54,850 nt of DNA from Nanobdellota archaeon (GCA_021802105.1 JAKAAW010000003.1:1-54850); one strand, 5' to 3'; positions 7,581-16,965 are shown, counted from the first letter of the stretch. A program made the numbers and translations. Notes: generated by a model not told the origin, from the sequence alone.

Positions 7581-8654
7581 ATGAAAGATTTTGATAAGAG
7601 GGCAGCAGTCACGAGAGTAATGGATTTCATCAAGAAGAATGACAATTTTTCCATATTTTACCATCTCGACAGCGATGGTATAACTTCAGCAGTGATATTA
7701 TCAACAGCTCTGGAGAAGATGGGGAAGAGAGTCTACTCATTTAGGGTTACGAACTATGAAGACTTCGAGAAAGGCATTGACCTCAGCTATTTCAGCGACA
7801 ACATTATTCTCTGTGATATGCAGCCTTCGAAAAGCTTTATGGACAGATTCAATAACAGAAAGCTATGCGTTATAGACCATCATGAACTAATAGACAATGA
7901 TAATATAGTGTATATTAATCCTAAGATGTGGGGAGACATGACGTACACGCCTTGCTCACTGTTAACGTACAGACTATTCGAAGATTTTATCCCTGAGCTA
8001 GATTGGGTGGCTGCTATAGGCGTGGCCGGAGACTCTGGTGGGAAAGAAAACGGTGATTTTGTTAGAAAAGTGGCTAAAAGGAACGTTGTACAACTAAAGA
8101 ACGATGAATATCTGTTTGATAATGATTTCGGCCTTGCATCAATTATGATAGGTTCTATGACACTGCAATATGGTAGGATAGGAGCGGAAGAAGCAGTAGG
8201 CATAATCAAATCAACTCCTTCGCTGAAAGATCTGATTGAGAACCAGAGGCTAGTCTCTGCCAGCGCAAGTGCGAAAAAGGAGCTACTCTCGCTGAGAGAG
8301 CATTTCGAACAGAAAAAAGAGCTCTATGACGATCTTGTCTACTTCTTTGAGGCAAACCCTTTAAAGAAGAGGTATTCATCATCACTTATAACTCCTCTCA
8401 GCCTTGAAAAGGAATATTATGGAAAGGTGATCGTCTTTATGACCAGAATTAACTCAAAGACAACCAGAGTAAATATACGCGCAAACGGAGTCAATATAAA
8501 ACTACCCGAGGTTTTAAAGGAGATATTTAAGGAGATCAACGGAAACGGAGGAGGGCACAATATGGCGGCTGCTGCGGCGATAAGACCAACTGACACAGAA
8601 AAATTCAAGAGACTGTTCCTCGAAGAGAGTAAGAAAAATATAAGCAAGAACTAA
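7581..8654 (+). CDS. DHH/DHHA1 phosphoesterase (archaeal RecJ/GAN-like or nanoRNase-like)
   Basis: 357 aa. Motifs: HLDSDGITSA, VIDHH and GGGHNMAAA. Confidence 0.75.
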   Translation: MKDFDKRAAVTRVMDFIKKNDNFSIFYHLDSDGITSAVILSTALEKMGKRVYSFRVTNYEDFEKGIDLSYFSDNIILCDMQPSKSFMDRFNNRKLCVIDHHELIDNDNIVYINPKMWGDMTYTPCSLLTYRLFEDFIPELDWVAAIGVAGDSGGKENGDFVRKVAKRNVVQLKNDEYLFDNDFGLASIMIGSMTLQYGRIGAEEAVGIIKSTPSLKDLIENQRLVSASASAKKELLSLREHFEQKKELYDDLVYFFEANPLKKRYSSSLITPLSLEKEYYGKVIVFMTRINSKTTRVNIRANGVNIKLPEVLKEIFKEINGNGGGHNMAAAAAIRPTDTEKFKRLFLEESKKNISKN

Positions 8655-8920
8655 AAGTCCGGCATCCTTGACACGTCAACTATTGACATCTCTGCGTCCT
8701 TAAACTCTGGAAATTCTGATTCGAGCTTTGAGCTACCTTCGGACTCATCTATTATCAGCGTTACCATTATGACGTTGAGCCCAAACGCTAACGGCTCGAT
8801 TTCCAACTTGTAAACGCTGCCCTTTGATGCAAGGAACTCCTTTACCCTTGGTGCAAGCTCATTGATGTCGGCAGACACATCCTTCGGAAGAGCCTTTATC
8901 TTAAGTACTACCTTTCCCAT
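8651..8920 (-). CDS. Translation elongation factor aEF-1 beta
   Basis: 89 aa counted from the internal ATG (MGKVVLKIKALPKDV...VDVSRMPDF). The ORF-track start at 8965 would overlap the upstream Zn-ribbon gene. The usual Zn-ribbon/EF-1beta gene pair is present. Confidence 0.75.
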   Translation of the reverse strand: MGKVVLKIKALPKDVSADINELAPRVKEFLASKGSVYKLEIEPLAFGLNVIMVTLIIDESEGSSKLESEFPEFKDAEMSIVDVSRMPDF

Positions 8921-8921
8921 A

Positions 8922-9113
8922 TTACGGCCCAATGAAACCGCATGATCCGCACACGAATTCCACACTTCTTATCCTGCATTTACCGCATCTTGCTATGTCA
9001 TTCCCACAGCTAGGGCACTTAAACATCACTGAATCCTCTATTATTGAGATGTCCTTTCCACACGATGTGCAGAAGTGCTTTCCGACGTTCTCTTTAACAC
9101 TATCGCTTTCCAT
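8922..9113 (-). CDS. Small Zn-ribbon protein (COG2888-like), usually paired with aEF-1beta
   Basis: 63 aa with four CxxC pairs (CTSCG, CPSCG, CGKC, CGSCG). Confidence 0.65.
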   Translation of the reverse strand: MESDSVKENVGKHFCTSCGKDISIIEDSVMFKCPSCGNDIARCGKCRIRSVEFVCGSCGFIGP

Positions 9114-9194
9114 TGCTTAATGTATCACACTACTCTATTTATAACTTTCTATTGTGTCTGGCATATATTTAACCGTAGAGATTATTATTTCTTT

Positions 9195-9587
9195 ATGTTC
9201 GGAAGAAACGCTAAATCGCCTCTCATTCACACGGGAAAGATAAAGCAGGTTATATTGATAATAAAGAATCTCGATATGGGAACAGGCAAGATAGCCGCTC
9301 AAGCGTCTCACGCCAGCCTTGAGAGCTATTTAGAAACTATGAAAACCGACCAGAATATAGCGAGCAAATGGCTTGAAGAGGGACAGACTAAGATAGTCCT
9401 CAAAGTGAAGGACCAGACTGAAGCTGCTTCTATAAAAAAGAAGCTTAGGGAGGCAGGCATCCCGTTCAAAGCGGTAAAAGATGCAGGTCAGACACAGGTC
9501 CCACCTGGCACAGAAACGGCTATAGGAATAGGCCCTTATTATGAGACAGAGCTCGACAAAATCACAGGTGATCTGCCACTTTTATGA
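9195..9587 (+). CDS. pth2: Peptidyl-tRNA hydrolase, archaeal type (Pth2)
   Basis: Motifs KQVILIIKNLDMGTGKIAAQASHAS ... GIPFKAVKDAGQTQVPPGTETAIGIGP. The start is set to ATG 9195 to avoid an overlap with the divergent Zn-ribbon gene. Confidence 0.75.
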   Translation: MFGRNAKSPLIHTGKIKQVILIIKNLDMGTGKIAAQASHASLESYLETMKTDQNIASKWLEEGQTKIVLKVKDQTEAASIKKKLREAGIPFKAVKDAGQTQVPPGTETAIGIGPYYETELDKITGDLPLL

Positions 9588-9955
9588 GCGCTTTGCAGTA
9601 TTCGAGTGCAAACCCCTTGCAGCTGATGTTAAACACGATATATTATGCAAACCCTGCCGTGTTCTACGTTTTTATGGCGGCGATAATGCTCGCAGTGGCG
9701 GTTACGTATTTTGAGAATCTAAAGATAGGCTTGTTGACTACTATGATATTGTCAACTTTTTTTTATGGGATAGGAATGTTTATACCTTACATTTATGTAC
9801 CACTTGCTCTGTCGCTCGCACTATTTATTCTTGACATATTCGGTTTCAGAAATGTGAGCAGATCAATAGAGAACTTCATAAATTGGATGTACTTGTCCAG
9901 AAAGATGAAGAGCACCAAACAAAGGCAGCAGCGAAAGCAAGACAAGGCAGCCTAA
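9584..9955 (+). CDS. Small integral membrane protein, function unknown
   Basis: 123 aa with about 3 hydrophobic helices and a basic tail. It has an ATGA overlap with pth2. Confidence 0.45.
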   Translation: MSALQYSSANPLQLMLNTIYYANPAVFYVFMAAIMLAVAVTYFENLKIGLLTTMILSTFFYGIGMFIPYIYVPLALSLALFILDIFGFRNVSRSIENFINWMYLSRKMKSTKQRQQRKQDKAA

Positions 9956-10038
9956 TCACGATGTACAAAAGCCGAATAAAGTCAACGTAGGCACTGGTAA
10001 ACCTTATAAATCTTTATGTAGTAGTATCATTCTATCAA

Positions 10039-10123
10039 GCATCGGTAGTCAAGCGGTAAGACACCACCCTGCCAATCTAACAGCAGTCCGGTGGAGGCCC
10101 GGGTCCGAATCCCGGCCGATGCA
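10039..10123 (+). tRNA. tRNA-Gly (GCC) with a ~14-nt intron in the anticodon loop region
   Basis: Acceptor stem GCATCGG/CCGATGC, anticodon stem CCACC/GGTGG enclosing CTGCCAA plus 14 extra nt, T arm CCGGG-TCCGAAT-CCCGG, discriminator A. Confidence 0.8.
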
Positions 10124-10129
10124 ATCACT

Positions 10130-10570
10130 ATGTATTTCGACGTGGAGCTAAAAAACGAGAAAACAGACTGGAAAGCCTTTGAAAAGCAGGTAAATGACGT
10201 TTTTGAAAGCTTCGGCTACACGGCCGAGGCTGATGTAAGATTCAAAACAACGAGGCGGTTCCAGATAGACGTTGTCGCATACGATGAGAAAAGATGCTTC
10301 TTTGTGGACTGCAAGGACCATGCATATATACCGCCTTCAGAGGAGGACGAGTTCCTGCAAAAACAGAGGATAAGGGCTGAAAATCTCATAAAAATTCGAC
10401 CGGATCTAACTTATAAAAAGAAGATAGTGCTTTTAGTTACGAGAAACAGGACCAACTCTCTTCTGCAGCACTCTGAGAGTACTGGCAACATCTTTGGTGT
10501 CGATATGAGCGGGTTGAGAGAACTTCTTATTAACCTGCCTTTATATGAGGATGACCTGTTTTCTTTCTGA
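10130..10570 (+). CDS. Restriction-endonuclease-fold (Mrr-cat/PD-(D/E)xK-like) protein
   Basis: FESFGYTAEADV...RFQIDVVAYDEKRCFFVDCKDH fits the D...(D/E)xK pattern. The start is moved to ATG 10130 because the GTG start in the track lies inside tRNA-Gly. Confidence 0.45.
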   Translation: MYFDVELKNEKTDWKAFEKQVNDVFESFGYTAEADVRFKTTRRFQIDVVAYDEKRCFFVDCKDHAYIPPSEEDEFLQKQRIRAENLIKIRPDLTYKKKIVLLVTRNRTNSLLQHSESTGNIFGVDMSGLRELLINLPLYEDDLFSF

Positions 10571-10574
10571 ATAA

Positions 10575-11315
10575 CTATTCGATTCTGTTGGCTAGAACAA
10601 AGGAAAGTTTTACTGTCTCATCAAGGTCATAATCTAGCCTCAATGGATAATTATTTGAGAAGGACATCTTGACAGGTTTTTCTGGATCTAGGGCGTTCAA
10701 AAACTTCGTTAGGTATTCTATTGAATACTTTGACCTTGTGAGCCCTTCAGATGTGACATTGAAGAGTTCCTTATTATCGTTTATGTATAGATCCTCGGAG
10801 AATTCTTTCTCCTCGCTTCTCGCGCTGAGTATAAACTTTTGGTTATCGACGGTTAAGTAAAGTGAGTCATCAACCAAGAAACCGGCTTTTATGGCATCCT
10901 TGATGACTGAACTTAGGAGAGTGACCTCTGCAGTGAACTTCAACTGCGGCACTTTCTGCGCAGTGTAGTTCTCGTCTATAAGAGGAATGCCAAAGTGCAG
11001 CTTAGTCTTGCCACTTATATCAAGATTCATCTTGGAACCATTATCGTTTATTTTTAACTTGTCGCCTTTCTTCAGAAGTCTAAGTATACCATTCAGATCA
11101 TCGAGCGATACGGACAGTTTTGTATCTTTATCCACCTTAAAAGAGGTGAACATTTCCTTTCCGCTTTCAAAAAGGATCATCGCTATGTTAGCAGGATCCA
11201 TTGCTTTTATTGATATTCCCTGCGGTGTAAAGTCGATGGATACGTCCGCCATCAGGCTGCCGACCGTATCCATTATCCTTTTAAATAGTTCAGAGTCTTT
11301 CAGTTCAGCTTCCAT
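10575..11315 (-). CDS. pcn: DNA polymerase sliding clamp PCNA
   Basis: 246 aa with the typical two-domain length and motifs (..GISIKAMDPANIAMI.., ..FGIPLID.., C-terminal ..FVLANRIE). Confidence 0.85.
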   Translation of the reverse strand: MEAELKDSELFKRIMDTVGSLMADVSIDFTPQGISIKAMDPANIAMILFESGKEMFTSFKVDKDTKLSVSLDDLNGILRLLKKGDKLKINDNGSKMNLDISGKTKLHFGIPLIDENYTAQKVPQLKFTAEVTLLSSVIKDAIKAGFLVDDSLYLTVDNQKFILSARSEEKEFSEDLYINDNKELFNVTSEGLTRSKYSIEYLTKFLNALDPEKPVKMSFSNNYPLRLDYDLDETVKLSFVLANRIE

Positions 11316-11643
11316 TACTTAATAAGTCTCCCCTTTGCTTTAAATAGCTATTGTATGTTTTGTAATCTTCGTCCGTTATATCCTCTATATAATCAGTCCT
11401 TATCTCTATATCATCATTTCCTGCAGGAACTACCCTACCGACGACGGTCACGAGCTGCCCCTTCCTTGGCTTCGATTCGGAGGATACGGGCGGTAGACAT
11501 GTCACATTGATGCCACTGTCCGTTATGACGAAGGTCCCTATGCTCTCATCGACTGATTCTATGCTACCGACCACTCTTATTTTAGAATCGGTTTCTTTGT
11601 TTACCGTAGCTAGTGTCCTGTCCTGTATGCTATTGCTCTCCAT
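11305..11643 (-). CDS. Small OB-fold-like protein (RPA-like single OB domain?)
   Basis: It has a beta-rich pattern (RVVGSIESVDESIGTFVITDSGINVTC...GQLVTVVGRVV). The internal ATG 11643 is chosen as the start. It overlaps the PCNA start by 11 nt. Confidence 0.35.
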   Translation of the reverse strand: MESNSIQDRTLATVNKETDSKIRVVGSIESVDESIGTFVITDSGINVTCLPPVSSESKPRKGQLVTVVGRVVPAGNDDIEIRTDYIEDITDEDYKTYNSYLKQRGDLLSNGS

Positions 11644-11731
11644 ATATATAGTATATCTATAAGGTATGCACCTTATCTTATTTTGATATATAGATATCAA
11701 CGTTAATAAATCTTTCACGTGATTTATTAGT

Positions 11732-12334
11732 ATGCTAGATTCTAACAAAGATAGTCATGTTGATGAAGGTTTTGTATACGAACCTGCGGATGATTCTCTA
11801 TTACTTATGGAAGCTGTTAAGTATGCTAGAGGGGATGTGCTTGAACTTTTCGCGGGCAGCGGTGTTGTCGGTCTTGCCGCTGCCGAGAAGGCTAAAAACG
11901 TGATACTTGCCGATATAAATGAGGACGCTATACACATGATTAACAAACGGATAGAGGAGAAGGGCCTGGCGAACTGCAAGGCGGTTAAATCCGATCTTTT
12001 TAGCGGTCTTAATGGCAAGGTTTTTGACGTTATCTATATGAACCCCCCTTATCTTCCCGATGTCGGCAGGGGGAAAAATTCAGTGGAAAATGCCCTTGTC
12101 GGTGGTGAGGAGGGTTATGAGATAACGCTAGAAGCCCTGCACCAGTCTAGAGACCACCTTAGAAGTGATGGTGAGATTTATCTAATAATTTCTTCTGTTT
12201 ATGATGTCCGCAACGTTTATAAGGCGATAAAATCTATTAACTTTGAGTTTGAGGTTCTAAATACGAAGAAATTCTTCTTTGAAGAATTGTTATTGGTAAA
12301 AATTTATGAAGAGCGCAGGGATAGCGGTAATTGA
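11732..12334 (+). CDS. HemK/Mtq2-type SAM-dependent methyltransferase (NPPY motif)
   Basis: ELFAGSGVVGLAAA (SAM motif I) and IYMNPPYLP. Confidence 0.7.
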   Translation: MLDSNKDSHVDEGFVYEPADDSLLLMEAVKYARGDVLELFAGSGVVGLAAAEKAKNVILADINEDAIHMINKRIEEKGLANCKAVKSDLFSGLNGKVFDVIYMNPPYLPDVGRGKNSVENALVGGEEGYEITLEALHQSRDHLRSDGEIYLIISSVYDVRNVYKAIKSINFEFEVLNTKKFFFEELLLVKIYEERRDSGN

Positions 12335-12638
12335 CGGGCGAATGATAGTCACGGTGTTGATAAATTCCACAGTGCAGATACACAGAGTTAAGAATGTAAA
12401 CGAGGCTAAGGAGATACTTGACACAGCCAAACCTGACATTGTGGGGATGGATGAAAGCACAGCAGAAATTTATGAGGATGTAAAGTTTCAGTTCAATACG
12501 GTTAAGGTCAGGCGACTACAAAAGAACGAGATGGATTCCCTGTGCAACAGCCTTACCATGCTTAACATAATCAAAGACCAAGACAAACCTGCCATAGTAG
12601 CAGCAAGCCTAGCCCTGACTGAAAAAAGCTCTGATTAA
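12306..12638 (+). CDS. Hypothetical protein
   Basis: 110-aa ORF with an ATG start and protein-like composition. I recognised no family. Confidence 0.35.
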   Translation: MKSAGIAVIDGRMIVTVLINSTVQIHRVKNVNEAKEILDTAKPDIVGMDESTAEIYEDVKFQFNTVKVRRLQKNEMDSLCNSLTMLNIIKDQDKPAIVAASLALTEKSSD

Positions 12639-13027
12639 GCCTGTGGAATCTGGGAGAGTATCTCACCCTTTTCAACTTTAACGAAATTAGGCACTACAAG
12701 TATATAGTCCTCGTCTATCCCGACTACCTGAGCTTCAGCTGCATCCGCGCTCCTCTTTATCTTGGATATAGTTCTCTTAAGCTCCTCTATGCCACCCTTC
12801 TCCCTTATCTCCTTTATTTTTATGAAAAGGAGTGTAGAACCAGATCTTATATCGTTAAGAACCGATCCAGAGTCCTCAAACTTTATCAATGAGAAATATT
12901 TGACATACATTTTTGCTATAGGTCTGTCTTTCTGATCGACTTCTAACTCAACGTATTCATTTGACTCTTCAAGATTCACCTTCTTCTTAAAAAGGTCCAA
13001 AAACTTATCGAACGGCAAATTTACCAT
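12635..13027 (-). CDS. sepF: SepF-like cell division protein
   Basis: The C-terminal domain pattern is ..IKFEDSGSVLNDIRSGSTLLFIKIKEI...ELKRTISKIKRSADAAEAQVVGIDEDYILVVPNFVKV. Confidence 0.6.
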   Translation of the reverse strand: MVNLPFDKFLDLFKKKVNLEESNEYVELEVDQKDRPIAKMYVKYFSLIKFEDSGSVLNDIRSGSTLLFIKIKEIREKGGIEELKRTISKIKRSADAAEAQVVGIDEDYILVVPNFVKVEKGEILSQIPQA

Positions 13028-13209
13028 AGCACCTCACATTTTTTATTTTTTAATAATACTACTTTATGGCTCTAGTTATATTTAAATGCTTTTTACTGTT
13101 TTCAGAAAAAATCGAGTATGCCTCCTGAAGCTAATGACACCATCCTACGAATGTTTAGTGGTCCTAATATTAAATCGAATAAAAACATTGTATCCACACT
13201 TTAGAACTT

Positions 13210-13294
13210 TGCAGGGGGAGGGATTTGAACCCTCGAGGGCCTAAGCCATTAGGTCCTAAGCCTAACACGTTGGACCGGGCTTCGTTACCCCTGC
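13210..13294 (-). tRNA. tRNA-Leu (TAG), class II with a long variable arm, no intron
   Basis: Minus strand: GCAGGGG..CCCCTGC acceptor, anticodon stem TTAGG/CCTAA with loop CTTAGGA, variable arm TGGCTTAGGCCCTC, T arm GAGGG-TTCAAAT-CCCTC. Confidence 0.85.
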
Positions 13295-13737
13295 TTTTTT
13301 CGTTTTATCTGTGCGATATCTTCAAAAGAAATTTCATTGTCGGTACTACTCGGCTCGAACGTTCCAATCACATCCTCATACAGCGAAATGCCCAGGGCAC
13401 TTTCCAGTTTTCTTACGATCTCATCCGCTGGTATTATTTTTCCATTAAATATCTTTTTAAGCTCGTACGGGGACTCTTTTATCGTCTCTGCGAGCTTTTC
13501 TATGGTCAGCTGCTTTTCGGCCACGGCCTGCTTAATCGTCTTCGGGTAATCCAGTTTTAGACTTCTTTCTATAAATCCGTAGGATTTCTGTGGCTTTCTA
13601 TCCACTTTATGCGTGTCTTCTACTTCGCATATTATTTTTCCAAAAAGAGCACATCCAGAACACACTACAAGCATAGAACCTTCTATCTCAGCTCTATAAA
13701 ATTTACCATCGGTGTAACCACACAGCTCACAGTTCAT
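13285..13737 (-). CDS. Archaeal MBF1 (Zn-ribbon plus HTH multiprotein bridging factor 1)
   Basis: 150 aa with an N-terminal CxxC...CxxC (CELCG..CSGC) and an HTH region (..LTIEKLAETIKESPYELKKIFNGK..). The last 10 nt, including the stop codon, overlap the 5' end of tRNA-Leu. Confidence 0.8.
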   Translation of the reverse strand: MNCELCGYTDGKFYRAEIEGSMLVVCSGCALFGKIICEVEDTHKVDRKPQKSYGFIERSLKLDYPKTIKQAVAEKQLTIEKLAETIKESPYELKKIFNGKIIPADEIVRKLESALGISLYEDVIGTFEPSSTDNEISFEDIAQIKRKKQG

Positions 13738-15383
13738 AATCCAAGTCCATCTAGATGTATTTCGGCAAAAGCAACTGGAAGTTCAATCCCGAATTCATTC
13801 AGTACTCTGGGATGGACTTCGCCAAGAGCTCCGATATTAACATCTCCGTAATATACTACTCCACCTCTGCCTTTTATAACCATTTTTGACAGCCCATCCA
13901 GGTCTTTTTCGTCGGATAACCTTACCTTCCCTGCGCCTACAGCCTCATTTATGATTTTCTCAAGCATAACTACTATCTCACTTATATTGGTGTCTGCGCC
14001 GCACGAAAGTATACAGAGCCTAAGCTTATTGGCAAAATCAACATCGGTATCCGCTTTTGAAACAACAAAACCTATATCAAATAGCTTCTGTGGAAATCTT
14101 TTATGTAAGTTATTTGAGACGAAGCGCAATGCCTCTGGCGTTATGTTCAATCGTGCCATCGTCGATTCCGCGCTCTTTGTTCCCAAGAAAGACGCGTAGT
14201 TGCTTGGGTCTATCCCCGTTTTCTTAAACTGATACATTTCATTCGTGAATATATTTAGATCCAGTTCCTGATAACCGAAACCAATAAGAACGTCACGCAT
14301 TAGCTCTATAGCCTGTGCGTTCTGAAGAAACTTTCCAGAGGTGTAAACCCTATTGTCATCTGCCTTTATCTTGTCAACGCCGTATACTCTCATAATATCG
14401 TCGACAATATCCACCTGGTGTGTTATATCCTGTCGATAATAGGGTGGAGTCACGGCAAGACCATCTGCTGCAGATTCTACTGCGTAATCTAGACTGGAAA
14501 GAATCGATTTTATGTCCTTTAGTGACAGTTCTACCCCAAGTAGCCTGGAAGCCTCATTTTCACTCAATACAAAGCTTGTTGCCTTGAATTTCAGGTTTGT
14601 AGTTATATTAGCATTTGAGTATTTCGGTTTCATCACACTCACAGCACCGAAGAACTGAAGATTAAACATAAGGGCCTTCGTAAGCGAATTCACACTGTCG
14701 TGATCTGTCCCCGTTATGTCGACTAGTATGGATTTTGTATCTTCAGTAAGGGATGCAAAGCCAGCGTTTATAACGGGTGGGAGGGCGAAAATCTTACCGT
14801 CCTCCTGTCTCCACACTATAGGTTTATCGTCTAGGAGGTGTCCGTACTGTCTTCCTTTCTCCGTGTCCTCGAGTATCTGTTTATAGGTCTTCTCTTCATC
14901 CGAACCCAGCGGTGCAAAAGAGACATCTTCCGTTTTAACTTCTAAATATTTTATTGGGAATTTTATCATTGAATAATCGAACATTCCTATTGCCGCCAGT
15001 TTCCTATCCCTACCTGCCACTTTATCCAACTTTTCCTGAATCATAAGCAGATCGGCCATCCTCTCACCCAATCTACCGTCAAGTTTCACATAAAGAACAT
15101 TCACGAACGGCCTATACGTACTATTGATGGTTATGTCAGCGCTTTTTGAAGAAACGGTTTCTGATCTATGGACTTTTATTCCAAGTAACTGCCCTAACAA
15201 GAAAGCGACCGAGTATTTTGAACTTAGTTCTACTCTATCGGAAGACATATCAAAATTCAGGTATTCACCGCCGCCTTCTAGGTCTATCCCGTAGCGCAGA
15301 CACAGCTCCTCATAATCCTTTCTGCTAAGACTCTTTCTCAGTATTGCATTCATTTCTTTTAGAGTAGTGTTAACCATCACCAT
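13734..15383 (-). CDS. pheT: Phenylalanyl-tRNA synthetase beta subunit
   Basis: About 549 aa with archaeal PheT length and motifs. It has an ATGA overlap with MBF1. ATG 15383 is preferred over the TTG 15392 in the track. Confidence 0.85.
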   Translation of the reverse strand: MVMVNTTLKEMNAILRKSLSRKDYEELCLRYGIDLEGGGEYLNFDMSSDRVELSSKYSVAFLLGQLLGIKVHRSETVSSKSADITINSTYRPFVNVLYVKLDGRLGERMADLLMIQEKLDKVAGRDRKLAAIGMFDYSMIKFPIKYLEVKTEDVSFAPLGSDEEKTYKQILEDTEKGRQYGHLLDDKPIVWRQEDGKIFALPPVINAGFASLTEDTKSILVDITGTDHDSVNSLTKALMFNLQFFGAVSVMKPKYSNANITTNLKFKATSFVLSENEASRLLGVELSLKDIKSILSSLDYAVESAADGLAVTPPYYRQDITHQVDIVDDIMRVYGVDKIKADDNRVYTSGKFLQNAQAIELMRDVLIGFGYQELDLNIFTNEMYQFKKTGIDPSNYASFLGTKSAESTMARLNITPEALRFVSNNLHKRFPQKLFDIGFVVSKADTDVDFANKLRLCILSCGADTNISEIVVMLEKIINEAVGAGKVRLSDEKDLDGLSKMVIKGRGGVVYYGDVNIGALGEVHPRVLNEFGIELPVAFAEIHLDGLGL

Positions 15384-15384
15384 A

Positions 15385-16911
15385 TCAATCAAAATCCTCC
15401 AACAGCCTCCTGCCTTCCATATTTCTAAGAAGATCCAGGTCCGTCAGTGCACCGTATAGCGACCTTATATCATTTATCCCGAGTCTCATAGCCAACGCTC
15501 TCTCAAGACCAAATCCCCAAGCTATTATATTTTTCTTTATGCCGAATGGATATAGGGTTTCAGGTCTAAATACTCCTGAATTCCCAACTTCTACCCACTC
15601 TTTTCTGCTCTTACTGAATGCTTGTATCTCTAAACTCGGTTCCGTGTAAGGATTATATGTTGGCTTAAGTCGTATGCCAGAAATACCTATCCTTGCGTAG
15701 AATTCTTTTATGAAGCTTACCAAATTAGCAACGGTTATGCCGTCATCATAGACTATTCCTTCTATCTGGTAAAATTCAGGCAGATGTGTTGGGTCCGATG
15801 TCTCATTCCGAAACACCTTACTTACAGAGAAATATTTCGCGGGAACTTCTTTATTCTTTGATATTTTGTCGTAAATGTATCTAAAAGTCGTAGCTGTGGT
15901 GTGACCGCGCATTATGAGGACTTTGCTTTTTTCAGTGTCAAACTTCCTATCATAACCTATTGACTTGTCATTCTTTCCGCGATAAAAACCGCTCTCATAT
16001 ACATCTTTCACGTTATCTAATAATCCCGTAGGTATCTTTGCAGATCCGCTGTTTACGTAAACAGTGTCTTGAATATCTCTATCAGGATGATTTTGTTTGA
16101 ACATCATAACATCGAAGTTCCAGAAAGCAGATTCGACGTAATTGCTCTGCATCTCCTCAAAACCCATCGACACAAGGACATTTTTGATATGCGATATAAA
16201 CTGCTTTGTTATATGTTTTTTGCCGAAAGGCGGCACCGGTGGTCTTGTATCGAGAGAATACCGCCTGAACTCTTTATCTCTCCAATCAAGTATTATTCCT
16301 GTTGTAAGTTTGTCTATTAGCTCCTTTGAGAACTTTTGTGACTTTATTACGCGCTTTCCGTCGTTGTCTATCTCCACTTTCTCGCTCTGCGAAAGTGTCT
16401 TTTCTATTATCTTCCTTTTTATAAGATCTCTCAAGTTATCATCCTCTATAATTTCCTTCCCACTGCTTATTTTTTCAAGGATATCATTTTTTGACGCTAT
16501 CGCTTCTATCTTTTTTTCATCTATATCAAATCTGCCATTGGGCTCGAATACAACTCCTGCTTTCTTAAGCTGACCGACGCCAGCACTTAGCTCGTCCGGT
16601 TTCAGCACTCTATTAAGTGCAGAATAGTTTGTGGATTTGTTTTTTAGCATCTCTCTAATTATCACATGCTCTGGCAGCCCTGTTTTAAGGTAAGTTTTAC
16701 CATTGTCTGTGAGAGAATACGCTACGCTGGCTTCAGTAACGATGCGAACAAGACCTTGATCTAAGAGTTTTCTTGCCGAGTTTAGAAGCGCTGTTTTATC
16801 TATCCCAGTAGCCTTTGATATATCTGACAGGAATTTCGGTGAATTTTCGATTTCGATAAGTATAGTCTTCTCATTTTTATTTAGAGAGGCAGCTATCTCA
16901 TCTACATCCAT
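15385..16911 (-). CDS. pheS: Phenylalanyl-tRNA synthetase alpha subunit
   Basis: Class II motifs (..KVFRNE.., ..GFGLERLAM-like GFGLERALAMR). The start is set to ATG 16911, which lies 25 nt after a TATA box. The track start at 16932 is TTG. Confidence 0.85.
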   Translation of the reverse strand: MDVDEIAASLNKNEKTILIEIENSPKFLSDISKATGIDKTALLNSARKLLDQGLVRIVTEASVAYSLTDNGKTYLKTGLPEHVIIREMLKNKSTNYSALNRVLKPDELSAGVGQLKKAGVVFEPNGRFDIDEKKIEAIASKNDILEKISSGKEIIEDDNLRDLIKRKIIEKTLSQSEKVEIDNDGKRVIKSQKFSKELIDKLTTGIILDWRDKEFRRYSLDTRPPVPPFGKKHITKQFISHIKNVLVSMGFEEMQSNYVESAFWNFDVMMFKQNHPDRDIQDTVYVNSGSAKIPTGLLDNVKDVYESGFYRGKNDKSIGYDRKFDTEKSKVLIMRGHTTATTFRYIYDKISKNKEVPAKYFSVSKVFRNETSDPTHLPEFYQIEGIVYDDGITVANLVSFIKEFYARIGISGIRLKPTYNPYTEPSLEIQAFSKSRKEWVEVGNSGVFRPETLYPFGIKKNIIAWGFGLERALAMRLGINDIRSLYGALTDLDLLRNMEGRRLLEDFD

Positions 16912-16936
16912 AACATAAGTATATACTTGCAACGAA

Positions 16937-16944
16937 TATATAAA
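16937..16944. promoter_or_regulatory. Shared bidirectional TATA element (TATATAAA / TTTATATA) for pheS and the Fap7-like gene
   Basis: It lies 21 nt from ATG 16966 on plus and 25 nt from ATG 16911 on minus. The whole intergenic spacer is only 54 nt. Confidence 0.5.
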
Positions 16945-16965
16945 CCGACTTGGAAGTAATAGAAT

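Noticed and set aside
10091-10129. The GTG start of the ORF 10091..10570
   Set aside because: It lies inside tRNA-Gly (10039..10123). The first ATG after the tRNA (10130) gives a sensible 146-aa protein.
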